64,000 nucleotides of DNA from NCBI RefSeq assembly GCF_036321535.1, contig NC_087472.1, forward strand, positions 96,536,001 through 96,600,000. Direction: 5' to 3'. Below, one piece after another: positions 27,736 through 39,860 of this stretch; position 1 is the stretch's first letter; each line of letters begins with the position of its first letter. The position numbers were made by a program, and so were the translations under genes. The notes under the pieces are model-generated. The model did not search any database, had not been told where the DNA came from, and saw only the letters and a program-made list of their open reading frames with translations. This stretch comes from Camelus dromedarius. Taxonomy: Eukaryota.

Positions 27736-29077
27736 AAAGCGTTGCCAAAATATCCTCTGAACTTAGTTGCATTGATATGCTATGAACACTAAATACTACA
27801 CTTTTTAAATGCCTTTGTCTTTAAGACTGCAGCTGGATGTTAGGAAATGCATGCACTTTTTAACTAGTTTTTGTTATGTAAAACAGTACAGCCTCCTTCA
27901 TGAAATACTGCTATTTAATATACTCAATAATTTATCCAGGTTCATTACTTAACATTCTACTGTGCACCATAATGTCTAACAACATCTTTTTGATTTTCAA
28001 GTTTCAAAAAAAGTTTAAAATTAAAAAAAAAAGTGGTTTATTAGCTTTTGCTGAGACTCTGAACTGAAGTCCTATTTACATGTTTCCCCTAACGCAGTAA
28101 GCATTCTGCCTTCAGTTGCAGGTATACTGGAGTGGAGTTTGTGAAACACTGGATGTGATCAAAGGATGAAGACTGTTTTAACATAAGAAGTGGAGATTAA
28201 TTTAGACTACATAGTACATGGAACAGTTAAACTAAATAAAACTGTCAGGGGAAAACTTTTTAAAGGATTAATTTCTGTCAAATGTAGTATATGATGAAGA
28301 AAGGTGGGTATCATCAGAAATTTTTTTACGCTTTTCCTTTTTCTTGCACCTGCCATCTTTCCAAAAATTGGGCATTTACTTCATCCTTGAACTGGTCATT
28401 CCCACAATTGTTAATTTAGTAAGTGTTTTTCTTACCAAACTCCTTCTTAATGAGTAACATGTCTCCTCATATTAGAAAATCTTTCTGATAATGCATTAGA
28501 ATTTTGGTTTTTTTGGTAAGACTAAAGCATTCACACTTTCATGTTATTTTATTCAAGCTAATAACTGCTTTCCTCAGTTTTCTAGTTAACTAGCTGTAAA
28601 AATCATGTATTGTAGTTTTATAGTTCTTAAAATATTTTAAGTCTTTTCAAACCCTAAAACTTCTTAAAATCACTGTCTTGCCAGATCACCAACACAGTAA
28701 CTTGACTAATACTGACTCTACTCTTCCCCTCACCTACATGAACACAGGCTTCCTATTAGTGCTTTTCCTAAATACATCACTTTGGGTATGTGAGGTTCTG
28801 TCAACGCAGTGCTGACACTAACAGTGTTCTCTGTACATCTTAAATACTGACAAGAATACCAGGCCTTTCAACAACTATAACAAATTCTTTTTAATTGACA
28901 TTTGTAGAATTACGGAGTGTTTTTACATTGATTCTTCGCTAATACAATTAGAAGTATGCTTTGTACATGTAACTTAGTAAATCATTTAATCATTAAAAAA
29001 ATTAAAAGAACAGGTTGGACAATGCAGGGCATAGTTTGCAATACATTTGCTTCTTTTTTGTCCTGTTTGCTAATCTT

Positions 29078-29411
29078 TATTTTTTTTCAAGTTTTATTGA
29101 GATATAATTGACATTCTGCACTGTATAGCTTTAAGGTATACAACATAATGATCTGACTTACATACATCATGAAATGATTACCACAAGGTTTAGTGGATAT
29201 CTATCACCTTATATAAACACATTAAAGAAACAGAAAAAAGAATTTTTTTCCTTGTGATAAAACTCTCAAGATTTACCCTCAACAGTTTTCATATATGATG
29301 TACAGCAGTGTTAATTATCTTTATCATACTGCACATTACCTCCTTAGTATTTATCTTATAACTAAAAGTTTGTCCTTTTTGACTACCTTCATCTAATTCC
29401 CCCGACCCCCA
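29078..29411 (-). mobile_element. LINE-1 3' end fragment
   Basis: Poly-T, then tttattgagatataattgaca..., the reverse complement of an L1 terminus. Confidence 0.8.
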
Positions 29412-30046
29412 CCTGTTTCTAACATGACCAATAACAGGAATGTTCCACTGAGCATCAGCAGCATTAATTCCACGATCATTCTCTGGAGAAAAGCTAGGGA
29501 ATCAGCCAATTTACACCAAAAAAAAAAAAAAAAAAAATCCATACCTGGCTTTTTTCAGGGGTTTGGGGAGACAGTAAAATGCTACTGGATAATAATCTAA
29601 AAGAGAGGTGGAAACTGAGGGGAAGCACAAACATACATAATTTGAAATAAAGAAAAAACACACAGATAAAGTAAAAAGTTGTAAGAAAACAGTCTTATAA
29701 TTCTATAATATATAAGTCTATTAATAGTCTGAGGAGAAATGTAAGTTACAAGCATTAACTTAAGAGAGAGAAAACCCAATCACTGTGAAATTGCGGGGAG
29801 GAGGGCAGGGAGGAGAAAGCTGTCTGTTAACCTTTCAAAAAGCTCCAGGCTTTTCCCAAAAGCTATCTGAACTACGCTAGAGCACAGAGGAGGAAAGTCT
29901 TCTCAATTCTTAATTTTTAATTTACCATTAAAAAAAAAACTAACAAAAACAATACAACCAAACTACAGACTTGGTTAATAATGAATTTCAAGTCAAGTAT
30001 TTGCAAATCTGATACATCATGCAAAAAATACATATACACACATGTT

Positions 30047-30047
<1 letters not shown>

Positions 30048-30082
<35 letters not shown>
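30048..30082. repeat. (AC)n microsatellite
   Basis: Uninterrupted AC run of about 35 bp. Confidence 0.95.
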
Positions 30083-30084
<2 letters not shown>

Positions 30085-30149
30085 CCTATTAGTGCTTTGA
30101 CAAAATATGGTTATTTTAGAATTCAAGGCTGGAACCAAATAATGGCCCA

Positions 30150-33100
30150 AACTAACAGGTCAAGAAAGGAAAATCCTGATGTTCTCAAAAGATAATGAAC
30201 AGTCGAAATTCAATATCATTTCTTACTTAAAACAAACTAGTCAGTCAAATTGGAATAGAAAGACATTTTCTTAAAAGGTTTAAAAAAATACAATAAATAG
30301 GAATAAAATACTAGTATATGGTATGACATGGATGACCCTTAAAAACATTATGCTAAGAAGCCAGATGCAAAAAAAAAAAAAAAAAACCCATATATTACAG
30401 GATTCCATTTATATGGAATGTGAAGAATAGACAAACCACAGAAATTAGACTGCCAGGGACAGGAGGTGGGAGGTGATTGCTAATGGGTACAGGGTTTCCT
30501 CCTGGGGGTGATAAAAATGTTCCAAAATTACTGGGCGATGGGGGATGAGGGGGGTTTTAACTCATCTCCCATTAAATAAATTTTTTTAATTAAAAAAAAT
30601 TACTGGTGATGGTAGCACAACTCTGAATCTACTAAAAACCACTGAACTGTACATTTTAAAGGGTGAATGTTATAGAAGCTTTATCTCAATAAAGCTGTTT
30701 AAAAAAATACAAATACCTGCAAATATTAAACTAGATCAGGTTACAACATGTTTTCAGATAGGAGAATGGTATCAGTATCACTTCATAACAAAAAGGCATA
30801 GTATTATAAAACTAAGGTAAAACACTACAAATACTCCTTCTAAAGTCAAACTTAAAACAAGGCTGCCCACTGTTATTACTTAAGATTGTACAGGGCAAAA
30901 AAAAAAGATTGTATGGGAACAGATAGCCAATGCAATTAGATAAGATAATGAAATCCAAGATATTATTATTATTCGAAAGAAATTATACTTATTTATATAT
31001 GACCTATCTAGGAAATACAAGGGAATCAACTAAAAGACTAACAGCAGAATTAATTCATAAAGCGTGTTGGTACAACATTAATATACTTGAGGTCAAAAGC
31101 TTTCTCATGTAACACTTAAGAATGTAAAATCCCACTGATGGGAATAACTGAAAATTCTACTAAGCGGGATTTTTTTTTTTTAAGACAAATATATAGAGAA
31201 ATCAATCTTGCTCTTGAATATGCTGGATCAGTAGTATCAATTCTCTCTTAATTTACTTTTACATTCAATCAAAATTCCAATACACTTTTTTAAATCAACT
31301 GACCTTATAGTCGCAGGTCTGCTTTTAGACTCTATTCTGTTCCATTGATCAGTCTGACTTTGCACCCACTGTTTTAATCACTGCAACTTTATAATAAGCT
31401 TTTGATGTATGGTAGTTAAGTTTTCCAACTTTTTTTTTTCAAGATTGCCTTTGCTGCTCCAAGCCCTTTGTATCTCCACATAAATTTGAGGACTGGTCTA
31501 TTAAAAAAAAAAATCCTGTTGGGGTTTTGATTGGTACTTCACTGAATCTCTATATATCAAAACTGACATCTTTATATACTGACACTTCCAATCCATGAAC
31601 ATTGTATCTCTCCCCATTTATTAGTTCTTTTTTCATTTCTCTCAGTAATGCTTTTACTAAAAGTCTTAGCATGCTTTGCTGGATTTATTTCAAGGTATTG
31701 GATGTTCTCTGACCTTATTATAAGTTGTATAGGCTTTTAAATTTTATTTTCAAATTGTTAGTATAGAGAAATACAATTTATTTTTGCATATTAATCAATG
31801 TTCCCCAACTATAAAATAGAAGTAAATTAGAAATAAATGTCAAAGATAACAGCCTCCCCTCAAAAAATTCCAATAAACTTGAAAAGTCTCAGTAATTCAA
31901 TGGACAAGAGGAAAATTGTAAAAATCACAATACGTTTAGAATTAAATAATGAAAATCAATTCACATCAAATTCGCAGTATCCAGAATTATAGTTCAGAAG
32001 AAAATTTATAGTTTTCAAGATATGTAAGAGATTAAAAACTAATTAGCTAAACTTCCAATTTAAATTTTTTAAATGTCAGAATAAATGCAAATAAAATAGA
32101 AGAAATATTAACCATATGAGCAGAAATAGAAAGGGTCAACATAAAGAACTATTTGAAAAGCCTTAATAATATAGGCAACTTACTGGCAGTACTGATCAAA
32201 AAAAAAGGAACAAATTAATGATATTTGACATTTTAAAGTCATTAGAGAAACCCATATTTTGTACCAATGTATTTGAAATTTTGTATATTTCTGGAATATT
32301 GTTCATTTTGTATAATCAACAACCAAAAAAAACCCTCAAGAAAAGCCAAAGACTTATCACCATGAAAGAAACTATTAATCAAAACACAACTCACAAAAGA
32401 CAGCAGGCACAGAGAGTATCACAGATGATTTCTAATCTAACTTCCCAGAAACAGCTCATCTCTATTAAATACAACTTGTTTCAAAGAAGAAATACTCCCC
32501 AACACATCTTAAGACGTTAGCATAAAAAGGTAAAGTTCATGGCAATAACAAATGGATGCAAATATCCAGGGACTCAAAAGACAGTTTAAAATACAAAATC
32601 AATAAATACAATTCATCACACCAATAGATGCAGCAAAAGCACTAGAAAAATTAATTCCTGTTCATAATGAAAACTTTAAAATGCTAAATAGAACACAAAC
32701 TAATAAATATCTACCTCTCCAAAAAACCCTCCACAATCAGTATCATACTTAATGATAAAATATTAGAAGCATTCTACTAACGTACCTAGACAGTGATGCC
32801 TGTTATTAATGCTTTCATTCAACTCTGTGCTAGAGGCATTAGTCAATGAAGTAAAAGAAAACAAAAAAACAAGAGGCAAAAAGGAATGGAAAAGAATAAA
32901 ACATCATTATTCACAAACACCTACGTATTTAGAAAATACAGAAGAATTATAAACTCTCATTACTCCCACATTTCACTGAATTTAAAAATACCACCAAATT
33001 TAAAATCCTTATTTTACCTACAACTAAGAAAAATATATTGTTAATTATGCTGATGCAACACCTTATTATCCAGAAATTTCATTTTAGATTTTTCAAGACA

Positions 33101-35230
33101 ATTCTTTTAGACTTATTTAAACTATTTTCATCCTAGCTTGTGCATACATAGAAGGAAAAACAGAAGCAAAAGAAATTGGTAGGATACTCCTAAAACTTCA
33201 CATTCAGAGTCTTCCTGTGGAATGCATTTCTACCCAAAGCTATTCAATCTTTCCTAACAATACTGTCCTCTGCCAACAAGAGTGCTGGTGATGCAGCATT
33301 TCTTAAAACATTCATTATCTATATAGGATTTTCTTTCTAGTCAGACACCCACTTCACAATTCCTTCTGCCTTCAGTTGTATTGCTTGGCATGAAATTACA
33401 ACACAACAATGCAAGTACTCATTTAAGTGATGACAAAATGAAGTCTTGACCAGGTTTGTGCATGTAAAGCAATGATAACTACATCATGACAGTTACCCGG
33501 ACAACAGTGATTACAGAACACTCAAGATTTAATTATAAAGCTATCATTATTAAATCAGGGTGGTATAGGTATATAGTCAAACAGACTAATGAAATCAGAA
33601 GAGAACATAAAAACAAATGTATATATATAAAAATATGATAAATCTCAGGAGTTGCATTATAAATCAGTGGGGAGAAAGGCTGAACTATTCAGCTATCTAT
33701 ATTAAAGATAAAATTGGATCGTTACATCACACAGTAGAAAAAAAAGTTCCAGATGAATTAATGACCTAAATATGAAAAAGCACAGTATCATTATGACCCT
33801 GGGGCAAGGGAAGAATTTCTTGCAGACACAAGAAAACATAAGCCATAAATGAAAAAAAACCTGAGAAAACTGACTACCTTCACATTAACAAGTCCTACAC
33901 AAAAAATATTCCATAAACAAAAAAGATAAGCCACAGGCTAGGAAATGATATTTTCAGTGTGTATAACTACAAGTCATTAGTATTCTGAATATTAAAAGAA
34001 TATCCATTACCAATGATAAAAAGGCAACAATCCAATAGAAAAATGGACCAAGGATAGGCACAAGGAAGTCACAGAAAACTCAAACGGCCAATAAATACGT
34101 GGGAAAAAAACCTCAACCACACTAGTTATCTAAGAAATGCAAAATGAAAACAGCAATGAGATACCATTTATACCCAAAAGATTGGGAAAAATTGCAAAGT
34201 CTAATCTTTTGGCAGTGGTCTGGAGAAACAGAGGCCCATACACAGCTGGTGGGAGTGTCAAATGGAACACAATCTAACAATTTGGCAATTCCCCCTAAAG
34301 CTGACAAATGCACATATTCTTGAATCTAGCGATTTTATTTCTATCATCTCAGGGGAGAAGAACCTTGTAAGGAAGTTCACAGCAACACTGTTTAAAATTG
34401 CAGTAAACTGCTAACAACCAAATGGTCCCTCCAGAAGAAGAAATACACCACAGTATACTTATATATTGAAAAACAAAACGAATGAACTAGATCAGCAGTT
34501 TTCAAACTTCTTGGACTGAGGATCACTTTACACTCTTAAAAATTGAGGACCCCAGTCTTTGTTTATACAGGTTCTATCTAGAGATGTTTATATTAGAAAC
34601 TAAATCTGAGGCATTTAAAAAATATTAATTCATAAAAAATAAAACCCACTGTATGTAAACATGAACATTTATTTTTAAGTAACTTTTTCAAAACAAAAAA
34701 AATTGTGAAAAGAGGAGCATTGTTTTACACTTTTGCAAATCTCTTCAAAGACAGGCTTAACAGAGGACAGCTGGATTCCCATAACCGCTTCTGTGTTCAA
34801 TCTACTATGACATCATGCTTCGTGTAGCCTCTGTACAGGACTTGTGCAGTGTGCAGAGGACTGCGGCGGGAAGAATCTGATGGATCCCTGAGAATTCCTG
34901 GAGCACACTCTGAGAACTGCTCAACTTGATCCACATACAACATGGATAAATCTCAAAAACACACTGCTAAGTGAAATATCAAATGATACACAAAGTATGA
35001 CACCATTTATGTAAAGTTAAAACACATAAAGCATTACTTGGTTATTTCTGGCAAAGACAGGAATGGGATAAGGAGGTACTCTTTAACTGGATCTGTAAGG
35101 TTTTCTTTAAACAAACAAGTTATGCAACAAATATGTAATAAAATATTAAGATCTGTTAAATTTGATACTTGCTTTTCAGTAATTCTGAAATATTTCATAG
35201 TTTTTAAATTTTTAAATTTTTTTTAATCCT
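30150..35230 (+). mobile_element. Cluster of degenerate LINE-1 segments, mostly plus strand, with a minus-strand segment at ~31310-31790 and nested inserts
   Basis: Recognisable decayed ORF2 and 3' UTR motifs throughout. Boundaries approximate. Confidence 0.7.
34493..34922. mobile_element. hAT-Charlie non-autonomous DNA transposon nested in L1
   Basis: Terminal inverted repeats cagcagtt / aactgctc and an 8-bp TSD aactagat / aacttgat. Confidence 0.8.
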
Positions 35231-37011
35231 AATGGCTATATTCTTCAAGGCCAAGTAGTTTCCTTAAAATGTACCTCCCTCTGAGTAAAATATATTTACA
35301 AGATTCTTGGATTTTATAAAAAGTTCTTTGGAAAAATAATTTGACAGGAGTAAGAATAGACTAGCCATATTAACAACTACCTAAGCAAAACTTCTGTGGT
35401 ATGTATACCCCTTGGTCAAAGGACACAGTGGCTGGATGCTTGAATAGCTGAAAACTATTCAACTACATAAAATTCTCTGCACCCAAAAATTGAGATAATT
35501 GTCTTTAAATAATTGTCACTACCACGTGCCAGGTACTGCTTAGGCACAAGGATAAATGAGAACCTAGCTCTACGCCCAGAGTTTAGAAAAAATGACAAAA
35601 ATATAAACACACAGTTAAAATATAATCAGTTAAATGCTAAATTAAAGATGTCCGCATCGCTATATGAGACAGAGAAGAATGAGTTTGGGAAAATGAGGGT
35701 GCCAGTATCAGAAAGCTTGAGGCAGGAGTTATTTTCAGGGCTCTGGGCTTAAAAAATTTTTTCTTTCCAATAAATAGTACTAAGTATCTACTATGTGCCA
35801 GGGAAATCCTGTTTCAGCCAAGCTGACGCAGTGAGATACCTGAGTGGAGACAATCCGTAGGCCACTGGAAACGCTCGATGAGAAACTAGAAGAGAGGGTA
35901 AGCATGGTAAAGGACACCAAAACCAGGTGAGAAGAGTCAAGAAAAAAGGGTAGAGGGCTGACCCTGAGGGAAATCCCATGACAGAAGACAGAGAAGGCGC
36001 AGAGTGTTACTGAAACCCAGAACACTTTCATACCACACACCTGCTGACATGCTGGGGCAAAGTTTCTCAATTTGGGAAATAGTGGATTTAGGAATAAGTG
36101 GGATGAAAAGAAATGAAACTACTAGTAAAAGGAAAGGTAAGACAGGTGTGCGGTTTTTGTAAGATGAGCAAACCTCGTTATGTTTCTAAGGAGAGGGAAA
36201 GGCACCAGCAGAGTTAGAGGGCAATGATGCAAGCAGCAGAATCACTGACAGAACGCCGTCCTTTGGGACCACTGGATCCCACAGGCAGAGCATCTGGGCC
36301 TAAAGAAGGCCAATTCTTCATGCAAGGAAAGAACACGAGGAAAGTCCAGGTAGAGACAGAGGAAGAGCATGAAGTGGAAGGAAGGAAACTCAATTGCTTA
36401 GATGGCCGTCTACCTTTCTGGCTTAAGTTAAAGAGTAGGTAATCTCTGCTGAGGCTGAGTGGTTTCAAGGACAAGTTGAGTTTAAGAGTAAAAAAGAATG
36501 TCTGGAATCGCCAGTGAGCACAAACACAAACATACAATCAAGGTCATCAGTGGCAATACAAATCCAGATGGGTTTAGAGAGGAAACATTTACCAAAAGCC
36601 ATGTGGAAACAAGTTTTCTTCAATGCACTGTGAGTATGTTTTCCAAAAAGGAAACTCACATCTATCTGAAACATACACATAAATTAAAAACTAACACCTT
36701 GTTTATCCAAGGTGGTTGGGTAAACAAGGTGTTCCACCAGTCAGTGTTCCGGACCATAAGGCCTACCCTTTCAGGCAAAAAGCATTTTATATTTAACTGT
36801 TTCCGATAGAAATTCTAAACCATACCCTTCTGTCTTCTGAACTATACAACTTGAGTCCAACTTTTAATCATCCACTAGTGCCGTACTGGAACATCTACTG
36901 CTGCTGTACTGCGTGTACAGCAACACAATTTTCTTTTAGGCCTCTTCTATGTCTTTTCTAGCTGTCAAGCTATAAAGCAGCTGGTTCTTTTAAGTTTACG
37001 TTTACCCTTAC

Positions 37012-37172
37012 CATCTCAACAACCACAGCCCGCCTTAGCAACCTGTTTCTAGTCAGCATCCTACAACGCACTGTCTCAACTTTTCTAAACCATGGCGCCT
37101 TATGAGAAGCAGGAGAATCTTCAGTTCCTTCGCTTCCTCTCACGGAGTATCACAGCTCTGACCTGTTGCAGT
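37012..37172 (-). other. ZFX: Probable non-coding 5' UTR exon of ZFX (161 nt)
   Basis: Strong acceptor tttttccatttttcccag|AC and donor ATG|gtaagg in unique sequence about 2.5 kb downstream of exon 1. No transcript evidence available. Confidence 0.6.
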
Positions 37173-39195
37173 CTGGGAAAAATGGAAAAACTGAAACAAC
37201 TTTCCAGTGAATATTTACGCTACCTATAAATCTATATATCATAAAATTCTAGAAAACATTCCAGAAAGTGCATCTAGGATACTCAAATACTAATCAAAGT
37301 ATGAGACAGCTCAGCTTAGCAAATAGCCTAAGCTACCCTGTCAAACGAAAAAGTAATTCCTCTTACCCGGTGGAAGAACAGGGATTGCAAAAAGGCCATC
37401 TGAAGGCTGCTGCCTTTTCAGTAATCGCTCTTCTAACCTACTTTTCAAAAACGACTTCTTTAAAAATTACCACGGGTATACTTACAGGTTCATTCCTCAT
37501 TTTCATAAAGTAACCCACAGCACTGTTTCTGTAATTTTCAACCACAGTAAATGAAAAGCTAGAAACTCCTCCCCATTTCTGTACTAGAGAGATTGTAACA
37601 ACTCTGAGCAAAAAGTTACTGGGAGTGAGAAATGAGGAACTGAAAAAAGGAGCAATTGTCTACTAGACGTGGATCATTCAAAAAGTAGCAAAATTGGCTT
37701 AACTTCTGAACATTCTTGATAATCATTTCTATAGTGAAAACAATGGTTAACTTGCCACTCTCATAACTTCTCAACTTTCAAACTTTTCCTAGTCCAAAGG
37801 AAGTGCTAAATGAATACAAAGCCAGGCTCAGGTGCGTCATCACCCGCCTATGTGAGGGCTCCCCGGCCTCCCCCATCGAGTATAAACCCCTCCACCTGGA
37901 AAGCAAGCTCCTCCACATCTGCCTTATTAAGCCACCACTCCCCTACCTACACCATCTACTCCAGCCAAATTATAAATACTTGCTGTTTACTAAAGAAGCT
38001 TCACCCTTGAAATGCCCTTTCCCCACCCCCATCTCACACCAACAAAGTTCTACCCATCCTTCAGTAACCTTCTCAAAATGTCCCCTAGCCTTGCCTTCCT
38101 CTGAAAGCCCAGTAATTGGTTGTACCTTCCCCGCAGCACTTCAGTGCCTTTCATCCTCATCTCCCTCTAAACAACGAACTTCTTGCAGCCACCGTCTGCA
38201 TTACAAGGACCTTTTAATTCTTAGCACCTAACACAGTGCATCGCTAACACTGGGCTCGCAGTTTACAGGAGAGTTGTGTCGTTTGCAGTCAAAACCACTT
38301 TAAGGGATGGAATTCCACCTTATAACTTTTCAAATCAAATAGAGAAACTAAACCCCATGCCAGGTACATGAACAATAAATACTACATCACATTATATTGT
38401 CCTTCAGCAAGAAAACTAAAAAACTTTCTGCCCTTTTCTTACTCCTCAAAAAAAGTAAATACTTAAAAAAAAAAAAACTACCAACACATCGCTAGTAGCT
38501 TAAATGCACCTTTTCAAGAAAGTTGTTTCCAAATAATTGAAATTCTGAAGACTTAAAAATTTTTATTCTCCGTTTCTGAGCTGTGCAATTTGCACTTTTC
38601 CCCCTACTGGATAGAAGAATGGTAAAAACTTCTTTTCCATCAAATTTTATTTTCCTTTCTTTTTTATTTCTTCCTTTATTCGAGAAGGCGATGACTTGAA
38701 AAACAACTACATCGAGAGCACTCTTAGCAGTCACATATGACTTCGTTAGAGTAAAAATAAAATGTCTTGGGGTCCCCTTTGCAGTGGTGAGTCTAGATAC
38801 GGAGTGGCCATCCGCCCCGACGGCCCTCAAGTTGCTACAAGAGCGGGGAAAAGGCGCGAGACCAGGGGCGCAGACGGACGAGATGGCCCCGGAGCCCGGG
38901 CGGCGGCGATGGCCGCCTGCCGCAGCTCAGTTAAAATGCAGCGGAAGCAGCAGCCAGTCACGGGGATGCGGGAGGCAGGGCAGGAAGGTGGCGCTGCCGC
39001 CGAGCGCCAGGAGCCCGAGAGTCCATCATGGCGGCAAGGGCAATGGCCGCCGTGGGGAGCGAGCACGCCCCCTCCGCGCGCACACGCTGCCGTGCCGGGC
39101 CTCCGGGACCCGTCACCGGAGCCGCTACCGTCGCCGCCCGCTCTCCGACCCCCCCTCACGGGCTGTAGCGGAATTTTCTCTTCAGACACCGCCTT

Positions 39196-39269
39196 CAAGA
39201 TGGCGGCTCCCCCTCCCGGCAACCCCCTCAATCGTCCCCTGCAGCAGGCGCCGAGGCGCCGCCATCTTG
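39196..39269. promoter_or_regulatory. Two YY1 consensus sites in inverted orientation
   Basis: CAAGATGGCGGC at 39196-39207 (+) and its exact reverse complement GCCGCCATCTTG at 39258-39269. Confidence 0.75.
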
Positions 39270-39675
39270 TCCCCCGTCCCTCCCCCCCTCGCCGATATTT
39301 ACATAGCGAAAATCGGCCCGGCCGGCCTGCGGCCTTCACCTCACGCCTGCAGCCTTCGCCTTCTTGCCAGGCCTCGCCCCCGCGCGGTGCCCCGTGCCGG
39401 CCGCGGAGCCCACCTGGGGCCCCTCGGCCGCCTCCCGGGCCACCGGGCGACCCTCCCCCAGCCCCCGCCCGTTTGCGGAGCGCGCCTCCGCCGCCGCTCG
39501 GGGCAGCCGGGCTCCTCCCCGGGCCTAACTGCGGCCTCCTTGGGGCCTGCTCGGCGCCGCGCGCCACACGGCCCGGCCTAGCGCGGAAGGGCGCCACGCG
39601 GGCCGCCGACCAGGCCGGGACCAGGCCCCTGCGCGCGCGCTAGGCCCCGCGGCCGCGGCGGCGCCCGGAACTCAC

Positions 39676-39860
39676 CGGACGGGCGTGCGGGCGGTCGGCG
39701 ACGGTGGCGGGTGCTGCAGGCCGGCCTTTCTCTGGAGCACTGGGCCGGGCTCCGGCTGGTGGGGCGGGCGGAGGGAGGGAGGAGGGGCCGAGCTCGGAGC
39801 TGACAAAAAGCGGCCCAGCTCCCCGGCACGGGCCCGCCGTCAGCACGTCACGTCACCGCC
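39676..39860 (-). other. ZFX: ZFX non-coding first exon (donor exact, 5' end approximate)
   Basis: Donor CCG|gtgagt at 39676/39675 inside the CpG island, with promoter motifs immediately upstream. The TSS cannot be determined from sequence. Confidence 0.7.
39837..39856 (-). promoter_or_regulatory. Clustered ATF/CREB half-sites (GTGACGTGACGTGCTGACGG)
   Basis: Three TGACG cores within 20 bp near the presumed TSS. Confidence 0.55.

Noticed and set aside
37367..37437. Additional ZFX 5' UTR exon (donor CGG|gtaaga)
   Set aside because: Good donor, but the acceptor has a poor pyrimidine tract. Not supportable without transcripts.
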